Below, in pieces: positions 1 to 8,951 of a stretch of 64,000 nucleotides of DNA. The stretch comes from an uncultured Planctomycetota bacterium (lineage in GTDB: Bacteria > Planctomycetota > Phycisphaerae > Tepidisphaerales > Tepidisphaeraceae): NCBI GenBank assembly GCA_963841915.1, contig CAWJEN010000006.1, positions 1,632,001 to 1,696,000 of the forward strand, given 5' to 3'. Both the position numbers and the translations under genes were made by a program. The notes below the pieces were generated by a model. That model searched no databases and was not told where the DNA came from. It saw nothing but the letters and a program-made list of their open reading frames with translations. The number at the start of each line of letters is the position of its first letter. The first letter of the stretch is position 1.

Positions 1-654
1 CTGGGGCAGCGACTCTTCCAGAAGTTGCTCGGTCGCCCAGTCGGCAATCTTTTCATCGAGCGGCGGGGCATCCTCGTCCTTGATGGCGTACCAGTCGAGT
101 TTGCCGACGGAGTCGGGCTGCATGCGGCCGCGCATTCCGTCGGGCGGAAGAAAGAATGTGCCCGTCTCTTCCGGCGTCAAGTAGCGGTTCCACGAGGGTG
201 GGTCGCTGTTCCAAAGCTCGGGACTGCGATTCGGTGCGTGAAAAATCTTTCCGCCTGCGATCGTGTGGTAGCCGGCCTCACGAAACGCCTGAGGCAGCGT
301 CGTTGCATTGGCTAGGACGGGGCTGGCTCGCATCGGCGACCAGTTCTCGTAGATGCCCGACCGCGCCGGCATCACTCCCGTAAGCAACGCCGTTCGCGAT
401 GGCCCGCATGACGATGCCGCCGCGTGGGCGTTGCTGAAAGTTACGCCCTGCTCGGCCAGCTTCGCGAACGTCGGCGTCATCGCATCCGGGTGACCGCCGA
501 GCGGCTCGATCCAATCGTTGAGGTCATCGACGGTGATGAGCAGCACGTTCATCGGTTGCTCTGCGACTTTCTCAGCAGATGCGATGGCGGCAAGCCCGAA
601 GGCCGCGAGGCAACCGACGAAGGCGGTGACCATAGTGTTTGAAGAGTTGGGCAT
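1..654 (-). CDS. Sulfatase (S1 family), 3' end beyond window start
   Basis: Not in the ORF track. Manual translation from ATG 654 gives MPNSSNTMVTAFVGCLAAFGLAAIASAEK...PMNVLLITVDDLNDWI...TPTFAKLAEQGVTFSNAHAAASSCGPSRTALLTG: signal peptide, DD metal ligands and the CxPSR formylglycine motif. Confidence 0.9.
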   Translation of the reverse strand, partial: MPNSSNTMVTAFVGCLAAFGLAAIASAEKVAEQPMNVLLITVDDLNDWIEPLGGHPDAMTPTFAKLAEQGVTFSNAHAAASSCGPSRTALLTGVMPARSGIYENWSPMRASPVLANATTLPQAFREAGYHTIAGGKIFHAPNRSPELWNSDPPSWNRYLTPEETGTFFLPPDGMRGRMQPDSVGKLDWYAIKDEDAPPLDEKIADWATEQLLEESLPQ

Positions 655-665
655 TGCAAGGGTCC

Positions 666-682
666 GTGGCACGACACGCAGT
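666..682. promoter_or_regulatory. Candidate operator copy 1 (GTGGCACGACACGCAGT)
   Basis: 16/17 identical to 12884-12900; both copies are intergenic, upstream of catabolic genes of the same cluster. Confidence 0.45.
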
Positions 683-746
683 ATCGGGAAGATATCAATC
701 AGGAACTTCGGCTAGCAATCACGACATTCCATGCCGTGCCACGGAT

Positions 747-1366
747 TTAGTCGATGGCAATGGCAAACGGCACGGCCGGAAGGTCGGACCCGTCGGCTTG
801 TTTGGCGAACAGGTTCACCGACGGGTCAGCGGTGAAGGCGTAACGGATTTCGCGAACATCGCCGGGCATGACACTGTCGGCGGTGAGTGCGATGATGTCT
901 GCGGCGACGATCTCGGCGGTGGCGGGGACGACCACGTCGGCGGTCGTAACGAACTCGAAGTGGCGAGGCGATTGATCGTCCGACGTGACGAGGCGGGTGC
1001 CGGGGTGGGCAAAGCGGACGCGAATCGTTTGGCCGATGCGTTCGACGTCGGCCGGGCTGGAAAAACGTCTCTGTGCGTAGCGGTAGAGGTGCCAACCGCG
1101 ACGAGCTCGTGCGGGCCTTTGGCGATGATCGGGTCAAGCGTGGCTTGCCAACGGCCGGTGTCATCGGCAATGGCGGTCGCTTCCTGATCGGCGACGGTGA
1201 CGAAGACAAGTGTGCCCGGCGCTTCGTGACCCCAGACGGAGAGGGGCTTGTCCGCCTGAAGGACCATGCCGTTGCCGAATGGGGCACCGAAGTGCGTGTC
1301 GGCTTTAGCAAGCGTGCACGCTGCAAGGGCGACGACAACCGGGAGGATTACATGTGGTCGAAACAT
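747..1366 (-). pseudogene. Sialate O-acetylesterase-like gene with the catalytic core deleted and a frameshift at ~1062
   Basis: N-terminal frame: signal peptide, FGNGMVLQADKPLSVWG...ADDTGRWQATL...THRDV. A second frame begins at the T-run (~1061-1066): FSSPADVERIGQTIRVRFAH...IRYAFTADPSVNL...LPAVPF, the typical C-terminal domain. The GEVW..SGQSNM catalytic region is absent. Confidence 0.75.
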
Positions 1367-1402
1367 CGGAAGCTCAGATGGGTTCTGCAACACACTTTGC
1401 GT

Positions 1403-1418
1403 CATGCCACGTGGCATG
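1403..1418. promoter_or_regulatory. Perfect 16-bp palindrome CATGCCACGTGGCATG, candidate LacI operator
   Basis: Exact inverted repeat with central CG, ~40 bp upstream of the 1366 start. Confidence 0.5.
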
Positions 1419-1440
1419 GCACGAAGTATCATGAGACGGC

Positions 1441-2886
1441 CTAGTGAATGTGCATGATCGACCGCTGGCTTTGCCCGAGGTAGGAGGCGGCGCCGAGGCC
1501 GCTGGAGTCTTTAGCACGTAGGTCGGCGACGGACGGTCGTTCGAGGTGATCGTTGCGAAGGCTGCCGTCGACGAGATCAGCGTGATCTTCGTTGCGGAGC
1601 ACTTCGACGAATCGCTCGCGCATGGAGGCCGTCGCGGCGGCGTCGAGTGGTCGTTCGTCGTGCGGGTCGGACTCAACGTCGAAACAAAGCTCAGAACCGT
1701 CGGCGGTCGAGTACATGTACTTGCGGCAACCGTCGTGGAGCATGTGGCTCTGCTGGATCTGGCCATGCATGAGGTGGTCGCCCAAGCAGTCGCCGCGAAG
1801 AGCGGGCAACAGCGAGCGGCCGGTGACGTCGCTTGGCACGCGAGCTTTGGCAACGTCGCAGAGCGTCGGCAACAGGTCGGCCAACTCGACGAGGTCGCGA
1901 CTGACGCGTCCGGGTGAGGCGTCCCACGCCGACGGCGGGCGGACGATGAGCGGGACTCTAGCGGAGTGGTTAAGGAAGGATCGCTTGCCCATCGTTCCGT
2001 GATCGCCGACCGCTTCGCCGTGGTCGGAGGTGTAAATGACGAGCGTGTTCGAGAAGTCGCCGAACGCTTCGAGCTGCCCGCGGAGGCGGCCGACCTGGTG
2101 GTCGAGATTCGAAATCATTCCGGCATAAACGGCACGGGCGTGACGCATCTGCTGCGGCGACATCGGGCCGCTATTACAGGTGTGGCGTTGGCAGTAGAGC
2201 TCGTAGGGCTCCCGATCGGTGCCTACCCAGTCAGGCACAACAGGCGTCGGCAGGTCATCGCCACGCGGACCGTCATACAAGCTGTAGTACGGCTCGTGAA
2301 TCGTTAGTGGCGGGTGCGGGTCGAGTAGCGACACCCACAGGGCGAACGGTTGGCTGCGGTCGCGGGTCTCAAGGAAGTCGCAGGCCTTGTCCACGCACCA
2401 GTCCGTCGAGTGCAGGTGTCTCGGGAACGGGCTGAGCGTCGGCGACGTCTCGTTGAAGCCGAGGCCGACGAGCGTGCCGGGGCGGCCAGTTTCAACGAGC
2501 TGCTGTCGCTTGAGTTCGCTGAGCCAGGTGACGTGTTCAAAGCCGCCACGGAAATCGGGCTCGGTGTGCCAGTGTGTTTTGCCGATGAGCTCGGTCTGGT
2601 AGCCGGCCTCTGTGAGGAGGCTGCCGAGAAAATCAGATCTCCTGCGCGGCAGTCGCCAATCGCCGGCATAGGCCGGCTGCCCATTTTGGTACGCCCGTCG
2701 ACCGGTGATGAGCGTGGTGCGGGCGGGCACACAAACAGGGCAGTCGACATAGGCGTTGTCAAAACGGAGGCCTTCGTTAGCGAGTTGATCGAGGTGCGGC
2801 GTCGCGAGCCCGCCGCCGGCGCAGCCGAGGAAGTCAGCGCGGTGCTGATCGCTGGTGATGAGCAGGATGTTGGGCGACATCGACAC
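1441..2886 (-). CDS. Sulfatase (S1 family), no signal peptide
   Basis: PNILLITSDQH, CPVCVPAR (CxPxR), GKTHW, YTSDHGE motifs. Confidence 0.92.
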   Translation of the reverse strand: MSMSPNILLITSDQHRADFLGCAGGGLATPHLDQLANEGLRFDNAYVDCPVCVPARTTLITGRRAYQNGQPAYAGDWRLPRRRSDFLGSLLTEAGYQTELIGKTHWHTEPDFRGGFEHVTWLSELKRQQLVETGRPGTLVGLGFNETSPTLSPFPRHLHSTDWCVDKACDFLETRDRSQPFALWVSLLDPHPPLTIHEPYYSLYDGPRGDDLPTPVVPDWVGTDREPYELYCQRHTCNSGPMSPQQMRHARAVYAGMISNLDHQVGRLRGQLEAFGDFSNTLVIYTSDHGEAVGDHGTMGKRSFLNHSARVPLIVRPPSAWDASPGRVSRDLVELADLLPTLCDVAKARVPSDVTGRSLLPALRGDCLGDHLMHGQIQQSHMLHDGCRKYMYSTADGSELCFDVESDPHDERPLDAAATASMRERFVEVLRNEDHADLVDGSLRNDHLERPSVADLRAKDSSGLGAASYLGQSQRSIMHIH

Positions 2887-2889
2887 GTT

Positions 2890-3236
2890 CTAAGGCTTCT
2901 CAAAGGGAACGACTTCCGTTACATGCGGGTCGCGATCGATCATGCGAAGCATCGGGTCGTCCGACGCCGCCATCCGGTGGCGGACATGCGCCCGCATTGT
3001 CACCAGCGTGTCGGCGTGGGCCGGATTGTCCGCAACGTTGACGCGGCACGACGGGTCGGAATCGAGATCGTAAAGCGCCTCCGCATCACGTCGTAGATAC
3101 CGGTCGAGCCACGCGGCGACGGCATAGTCCTGCTTCGCCGCCAGGCGGATCAATCCGAAGCTGCGGTCCTGGTGGCTCTCGTTGTTCGGCTTGCCCGCGG
3201 CGGCGGCGTTGCTGACAACCACCTCCTGCCCCTCAT
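2890..3236 (-). pseudogene. C-terminal remnant of a sulfatase
   Basis: NES...AAKQD...YLRRDAEALYDLDSDPSCRVNVADNPAHADTLVTMR...DDP resembles a sulfatase C-terminus. There is no CxPxR motif, and the coupled ATG at 3236 is out of frame and stops after 28 codons. Confidence 0.65.
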
Positions 3237-5926
3237 GGCCGGACCTCTCCAAGCTCGTTGCGGTTGAAGTGGTAGACGCGGCCGTCGTCGGTGCCGCAGA
3301 TGAGGTCGAGTTTGCCGTCGTCATCAAGATCGGTCGGCCACACGCTCGCGACATGCTTTCCAAGCTGGACAACTTTGCCGTCGACCGTGAAAAGCTTCGG
3401 CCGGGCGAAAGAAGGCGATTTCTCCGTGCCGATGTTCTCGAACCACATCATCGCCCCGAGCAGGAGCGGCTCGAACGTCGGGTCGACGTACTGGTTGTTC
3501 CCACCGTGGCCGCCATAGACGATGTCCCAATCGCCGTCGCCGTCCCAGTCGGTGACGGTGGGCTTACCACGTCCCCAAAAGCCACCGGGGCCGCTCATGC
3601 GCATGGTCGATCCGTTGTCGTAGGTGAGCTTTTCTTCGTCGAGGACGACCATCGGATCTGACGAGGCAAACGTGGCCAGGGCGAAGTCGCCGTCCCAATC
3701 CTGGATGAGCAGTTGCTTCTTATCGCCGTTGTTTGGGACGACGGCCGGACGCTGCCGCCACGCGAGCTCCCACACGGTGCCGTCGGTCGTGCGGATCGGC
3801 TGCGGCTCGGCGACGTTCAAACCGTCAAGACCGCGGGCGACCATGAGGCGCGGCGTCGTTTCGCCGTACAGCACGTCGAGCGTGCCGTCACCATCCCAGT
3901 CCGTCGCGAGCGGATTGACGTAGCCCCATCGCGACTCGTCGACGCCCTGGATGGAGCCGGTGGGCAAAGGCTGGTGGTGCCACGGCTCGCCGTTTAACAT
4001 CAGCGGCTGCGGGCCGCGGTATACGAGAGGATCGCTCGTTCCGGGCCAAAGGGCGAAGTAGCCCGATGCGTCGCCCATCAGGATGTCCTGCGTGCCGTCG
4101 CCGTCGTAGTCAAGGCGTTGCGGAACGACGAGCGTCTGCATACGTAGCGGCCCACCGATGCCGGTTGTAACGGCCTCGCGGTAGTCGCCGACAGCGTCGC
4201 CGTGCAAGACGCCGAACGAGCCGGGGTTGCCGCTGACGAGAATCTCGTCGTTGCCATCTCCATCGAGGTCGTCGCTGCTCATGTGCAGCGGCATATAGAC
4301 ATGCTTGAGCAACGCTCCGTCGGCGAGCAACGCCTCTGGCTTGCCACCACGGACGACGTCGCCCTGCACCTCAAATGGCACTGCAAGCACCTCGTCGAGC
4401 GATCCGCCAAGGACGACGTAGCGCTGACCGCCGATAGTCGAGACGACGCCGCGGGCATGGCCGGGGCCTTTCCAGATCAGCGGGAAGTCTTCCCGCCCGA
4501 GGTAGACCGGCAGCGGGCCGCTCATGCTGAGACGGCCGTCGGCGTTGCGGCTGCCGCGGGCCCAGAAGAATTCGGCTCGACGGTTGTCCGCGAGAAACTC
4601 ACCGTTGACGGAGTACGTCCGGCCGGGCCCGGCATATCGCGTCACCTGGCGCGTCCAAAACGAGACGCCGTCGGGGTACTGCTTCTTTTGATTCTTGATG
4701 AAGAGCAGGTCGGTGATTCCGTCGCCATCAATGTCAGCCGCGTCGCATGCAACGGCGTCGCCTTCAATCTCCGGCAGAATCGCGTCGAATGGGTAGCCGT
4801 CGAAGGTCAATCGGTACGGCTCGCCGAACTCTGGCTCGCCGCTTGTGCCGATGTTTGGGAAGACGACGTGGTCGCTTTGGCCGAAGCCGGCGGTGCGGCC
4901 TTCGCTGATGAGGTCGAATACACCATCCTCACGCTCGACGCTCCAGTACGGTCCACCGGCGAGTTGATCACTCCACTTCGTCTCGTGAAGGACGTCGTAT
5001 CTGCGGTACAGAAGCTGGCCATCCTTCGGCTTCCATTCCGGATCGCGGAACAGGTGGATGTGCGGGTTGGGTCCGAACGATCGAGCCAGAAGGCTCGGCG
5101 GCCCTCCTTCCCAGCGAACCCACTCGCCCTGCGTCGCGTTTCCCTGTGCCAGCGGAACGACGGCATCATCGACGGTGCGTAGCTGCCGATCCGAATAGAG
5201 CGAGTTCACCTCCGGAGGTTGCCACGCAGGAGCGGCGGCCTGCGGTTCGCCGATGTCCGTATTGCCGTCGGCAAGCTGCTTGATCTGCTCGTCCGACAGC
5301 AAGCCGCCGAATACCATGACCTCGTCGAGGTCGCCGACGTGGCGGCGGGTGCCGAGGGTGCCGACGTGGGCGGTGTCAGCACGCATGAACATCGGGCCGA
5401 TGCGACGCTGAATGACCTGCTTACCGTTGACAAAGATGCGGACAAGGCGACCATCGTGGGTGGCGGCGAGGTGGAACCACTCGTTCAGTGGAAGCTCGTC
5501 ACCGGCTCGCAAGGTGCCATCAGTGCCAGGCGCGGTGCGGACGCGAAGTTCGGGTCGTCCCTGGCGAACGCGTAGCGACACGATTGGCTGATTCTCGTCT
5601 TCGGCAGTCAACGAGATTAATCGAGGCGGAGCTGTCGGGCCAAAGCCGTTTTCGTTCTCACCAGCTGGCCACTCACGAGCGCGGACCCACGTCGCCACCG
5701 TGAACTCCGGGCCGATCGGCTCATCGAGCTCAAAACGTGGACGCGCTTCATTCTTGTCGAACTTGCCGTAGGGGCCGTCGATGCCGTCTTCGGCCTGCTC
5801 GACTACGGGCGAGCCATCACCACGCGTCTCGAAATCGACGTGCAGCGGCTTGGCCTTGGCAGATGCGCATGTCGCGAGGCCGGCGGCGATGAGGGCGGCC
5901 GTGCTAAGCCGCTTGAATTGAAGCAT
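3233..5926 (-). CDS. Secreted LamG-like (concanavalin A-like) domain plus FG-GAP/VCBS repeat protein
   Basis: Signal peptide MLQFKRLSTAALIAAGLATCASA; FTVATWVR...WFHLAATHDG...GDLDEVMVF (LamG_3); about seven DxDGDG..D repeats. Alternative start at 5977. Confidence 0.85.
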   Translation of the reverse strand: MLQFKRLSTAALIAAGLATCASAKAKPLHVDFETRGDGSPVVEQAEDGIDGPYGKFDKNEARPRFELDEPIGPEFTVATWVRAREWPAGENENGFGPTAPPRLISLTAEDENQPIVSLRVRQGRPELRVRTAPGTDGTLRAGDELPLNEWFHLAATHDGRLVRIFVNGKQVIQRRIGPMFMRADTAHVGTLGTRRHVGDLDEVMVFGGLLSDEQIKQLADGNTDIGEPQAAAPAWQPPEVNSLYSDRQLRTVDDAVVPLAQGNATQGEWVRWEGGPPSLLARSFGPNPHIHLFRDPEWKPKDGQLLYRRYDVLHETKWSDQLAGGPYWSVEREDGVFDLISEGRTAGFGQSDHVVFPNIGTSGEPEFGEPYRLTFDGYPFDAILPEIEGDAVACDAADIDGDGITDLLFIKNQKKQYPDGVSFWTRQVTRYAGPGRTYSVNGEFLADNRRAEFFWARGSRNADGRLSMSGPLPVYLGREDFPLIWKGPGHARGVVSTIGGQRYVVLGGSLDEVLAVPFEVQGDVVRGGKPEALLADGALLKHVYMPLHMSSDDLDGDGNDEILVSGNPGSFGVLHGDAVGDYREAVTTGIGGPLRMQTLVVPQRLDYDGDGTQDILMGDASGYFALWPGTSDPLVYRGPQPLMLNGEPWHHQPLPTGSIQGVDESRWGYVNPLATDWDGDGTLDVLYGETTPRLMVARGLDGLNVAEPQPIRTTDGTVWELAWRQRPAVVPNNGDKKQLLIQDWDGDFALATFASSDPMVVLDEEKLTYDNGSTMRMSGPGGFWGRGKPTVTDWDGDGDWDIVYGGHGGNNQYVDPTFEPLLLGAMMWFENIGTEKSPSFARPKLFTVDGKVVQLGKHVASVWPTDLDDDGKLDLICGTDDGRVYHFNRNELGEVRP

Positions 5927-6842
5927 TTTCTGCCAAGCGGCTGGCGTCGGACGCGGGCGTCCAGTGTTGTAGATCATGGTGAAAGTCCTCCAATTGCTTA
6001 AGATTGTCCGGTTCGAGTTCCACGTCGAGTCGGCAGGTGGTGCCGAGCGAGAGGCCACGCATGCCGAGGAAGGCCTTGGCGTTGGCGGGGTAGCTGGCCG
6101 GGATGAGCTGGTCGAGTCGGTCGAGCAGTGACAGTGTCTGCGGGCGACTGTCACCGTTGCAGCGGGCGGCCAATAGTTCGGGTGCGAAGTTGCAGGCAAC
6201 GCCCGAATAGCCAGAGCCGCCCGCTTCGATTGACGATTGCAGCGTCGGCAGGTGCGCGTTGTAGAAGGCGAGGCGGCTGCCAGAGACAGCTTCGCACTTT
6301 GCACGAATCAACGATGCGTCGCACGACGTGTCCTTGTGAAAGATGACGCGATCCGTCTCCGCCAGCCACGCCATCGTGTCCGGCGACAGCCGGCGGTGGT
6401 TCGGCCACGGGCACTCATAGATGCCCAGATCCGCGTCTTGGGTCTCCACCAGCAGCTTGGCAAAGGTATTACGCCATGCTGCCTCCGGTGCTTCAGCAGG
6501 CACAATTGTGCCGGCCGCGAGAACGATCGCATCAACACCGGTGCGTGCCATGTCGTTCGTCAGGCGCGTCAATTCGTCGAGCCCAACGTCGGCCACGGCA
6601 CCGGCGACAACGGGAACGCGGTCATTGATCGTTTCGACGGCGACCTCCGCCAGCCGCACCATCTCGTCCAAGGACAAGTGCTGGATCTCGCTCGAAAGAC
6701 AAACGGCGAAAAGTCCCGAGCAGCCATGAGACAGATAGAAATTGATGAGCTGGCGATACGCAGACTCATCGACCTGCTGATCATCGGTGAACGGCGTGAG
6801 CATGACCGGCCAAGCGCCGGCGGGCAGGGTAACTTGGGACAT
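5904..6842 (-). CDS. Dihydrodipicolinate synthase/N-acetylneuraminate lyase family aldolase
   Basis: PVMLTPF, IYECP (Tyr) and FHKDTS (Schiff-base Lys); the canonical GTTGE is replaced by CLSSE. Confidence 0.88.
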   Translation of the reverse strand: MSQVTLPAGAWPVMLTPFTDDQQVDESAYRQLINFYLSHGCSGLFAVCLSSEIQHLSLDEMVRLAEVAVETINDRVPVVAGAVADVGLDELTRLTNDMARTGVDAIVLAAGTIVPAEAPEAAWRNTFAKLLVETQDADLGIYECPWPNHRRLSPDTMAWLAETDRVIFHKDTSCDASLIRAKCEAVSGSRLAFYNAHLPTLQSSIEAGGSGYSGVACNFAPELLAARCNGDSRPQTLSLLDRLDQLIPASYPANAKAFLGMRGLSLGTTCRLDVELEPDNLKQLEDFHHDLQHWTPASDASRLAENASIQAA

Positions 6843-6865
6843 AGGTGTCAATACAGCGGGCAGAT

Positions 6866-6897
6866 GAGTCGGCCGCCCCGTCAAGGCCGGCCGACTC
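6866..6897. terminator. GC-rich hairpin downstream of the PEP-CTERM gene
   Basis: GAGTCGGCCG...CGGCCGACTC 10-bp inverted repeat; no U-tract, so it may be a stabiliser or attenuator. Confidence 0.5.
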
Positions 6898-6913
6898 GGA
6901 AGGAGGAACAGCG

Positions 6914-7783
6914 TTAGCGTCGGCGACGCATGCCCAGAAGGCCGAGGCCGACCATGCCGGCAATAGCCGAGCCGGGCTCAGGGATGACGTTGATGAGCAA
7001 GTCGCCCTCGGCCACAATCGAATTGCTGATCCGCACTTCGTCGATCAGTCCGTCAAAGTTATTCTCGTAGCTGGTGCCGCCATTGGTGCGGGCGCCAATA
7101 GAGAATGCCGGGTTGTCAAAAACGGCAGGAGCGAGGGTGGTGACGCCCGATTCGACGGTGGTGAAGCTGAACAAGGAATTGTTGAGGTTCTCGATCCTGG
7201 TTGTCAGCGTGTCGGCGGTGGCGTCGTATGTCAGGGCGGCGAAGTACGTCTCGCCCTCGACGAGATCAGCGCTGCCGAAGGGGACGCCGCCAACCAAGCC
7301 GCTGTTGTTGCCGTAGAGGCCCTCGAGGAACGTCGGGTTCCCGGCTCCAGTCGTGGTGCGAATCCGAAGCTCATAATTGCGGGTGCTGTTGCCCGGCTCG
7401 TTGTATAGCGATATCAACGTCTGCGAGTTGTTGCCCCCGACGGGCAGTGCGTCAGGCCGAAAGAACAATTCAATCGTGAAGTCGCCCGTTTGCACGAGCG
7501 TTGCCGAGTTGCCTTGACTTTGATTGTACGCGACAAAATTGCCAGCCGCGCCGTCGCTCGGGTCAAAGTCGAGCCCGGTGCCGTCGACTCCAGCGACCCA
7601 GTCCGGATCCCCGCCATTTGAAGTCGAGAAGCCAAGCAGAAGCGGGTCGGCGACGCCGCCGGTCGAGGCGGCGTTTTGGCCGGACCCTTCGTCGAACTTG
7701 AAGTACCCAACAGTTGCGGCTGGCGATGATGCCGTGCCGGCACCCAGGGCCGCTAGCGTGATGAAGGTGGTGGTGCGGATCAT
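6914..7783 (-). CDS. PEP-CTERM-sorted LamG-like domain protein
   Basis: Signal peptide; FTIELFF...FDGLIDEVRIS; C-terminus IPEPGSAIAGMVGLGLLGMRRRR. Confidence 0.92.
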   Translation of the reverse strand: MIRTTTFITLAALGAGTASSPAATVGYFKFDEGSGQNAASTGGVADPLLLGFSTSNGGDPDWVAGVDGTGLDFDPSDGAAGNFVAYNQSQGNSATLVQTGDFTIELFFRPDALPVGGNNSQTLISLYNEPGNSTRNYELRIRTTTGAGNPTFLEGLYGNNSGLVGGVPFGSADLVEGETYFAALTYDATADTLTTRIENLNNSLFSFTTVESGVTTLAPAVFDNPAFSIGARTNGGTSYENNFDGLIDEVRISNSIVAEGDLLINVIPEPGSAIAGMVGLGLLGMRRRR

Positions 7784-7849
7784 GGTTTCTCCTCTATGAG
7801 AATGGGTGTGAAAGAGCGTGCCGATCGCGTTGCCGGTCGCTCTGAAAAA

Positions 7850-8929
7850 TCAATTGGGTTCGACCAGACGCGGCCGGACGATCAGGTCGACGGCAATGGT
7901 GTCGGACGGGTCTTGAATGCGGTTGAGCAGCTGCTGAACGGCGCAGCGGCCAATGAGGTCGCCGCGAAGGTCGATGGCGGCCGGCTTTGGGTGGGCGGCT
8001 GCGAGCAGCGGTTCGTGGTAGCCGCTGACAACGATCTTGATGTCGCGCTCGGGCTCGATGCCGTGACGGCGAAGCGCGGCGTGAACGGTGCCAAGGACGA
8101 ACGGGTTGCTCAGAAGCAGGCCGTCCGGCACCGTCGACCGACTCACCAGTTCGTCCACCAGCTCGTTTGCGGAGGCGATGAGCTTGTTCCAACCGTCCGG
8201 GTCTGACTCTTTCGGCAGCGGCATGTCGCGCTGCAACTGCACGCAGCTGGCACCTGCCTGCTCGGCCGTGAAGCGAAAGTACTTCGACCGGACGGTGATG
8301 GCAGGACTGCCCTGATGCGTCTCGAGGCATGCAAGGCTTCGGCAGCCTCGGCCGATCAGATATTCAGCGGCCAGTTCACCGACATGCTCGTTGCCCGCCA
8401 ACGCCGCCGTGCTGCCGTTCGGGTCGCGGTGGCTCGTCAGCCAGACCATGGGCCGCTGCGGGATGTCCGCCAGTCTTCCTCGGGCATCGGCACCACCGGC
8501 GATGAGCAAACCGTCGATCTTCCCGTCACGGACTGCCTGAGGCATCTCATCGTCATTGGACAAATCGCAGTAGAGCATCGTCTTACCGGCCGCCGCCAAA
8601 GCCGCCGCGACGCCTCGGACCGTCCGCGAAAGGTCAGTCGAGTATTTTGCCAGCACGTCGTCGCTGAAGAGCACGACGGCGATGACATCGCTGCGGCTTG
8701 CGGTGACTGAGCGGCTCATACCGCTGGCTCCTGTGGATGATCGAGCTTGCTTCCGCGACTTGCGAAGCGGCTTGTAGTCCAGTTGTTCCATCGCATCGCG
8801 AACCCGGTCGCTCTTGTCGGAGGCAACTGCGGCGCTACCTGACAGCACGCGCGAGACAGTCGCTGTCGAGACGCCGGCATGGCGTGAGACATCCTGGAGC
8901 GTGGCCGGATTGGATCGTGTGGTGGTCAT
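7850..8929 (-). CDS. LacI family transcriptional regulator
   Basis: TLQDVSRHAGVSTATVSRVLSG HTH followed by a periplasmic-binding-protein-like sensor domain. Confidence 0.93.
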   Translation of the reverse strand: MTTTRSNPATLQDVSRHAGVSTATVSRVLSGSAAVASDKSDRVRDAMEQLDYKPLRKSRKQARSSTGASGMSRSVTASRSDVIAVVLFSDDVLAKYSTDLSRTVRGVAAALAAAGKTMLYCDLSNDDEMPQAVRDGKIDGLLIAGGADARGRLADIPQRPMVWLTSHRDPNGSTAALAGNEHVGELAAEYLIGRGCRSLACLETHQGSPAITVRSKYFRFTAEQAGASCVQLQRDMPLPKESDPDGWNKLIASANELVDELVSRSTVPDGLLLSNPFVLGTVHAALRRHGIEPERDIKIVVSGYHEPLLAAAHPKPAAIDLRGDLIGRCAVQQLLNRIQDPSDTIAVDLIVRPRLVEPN

Positions 8930-8951
8930 CGAAAATCCTCGTGTCAGCGTT

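Noticed and set aside
5927..6304. N-terminal extension of the 1023-aa ORF
   Set aside because: It overlaps the aldolase in another frame; the signal peptide begins at 5926.
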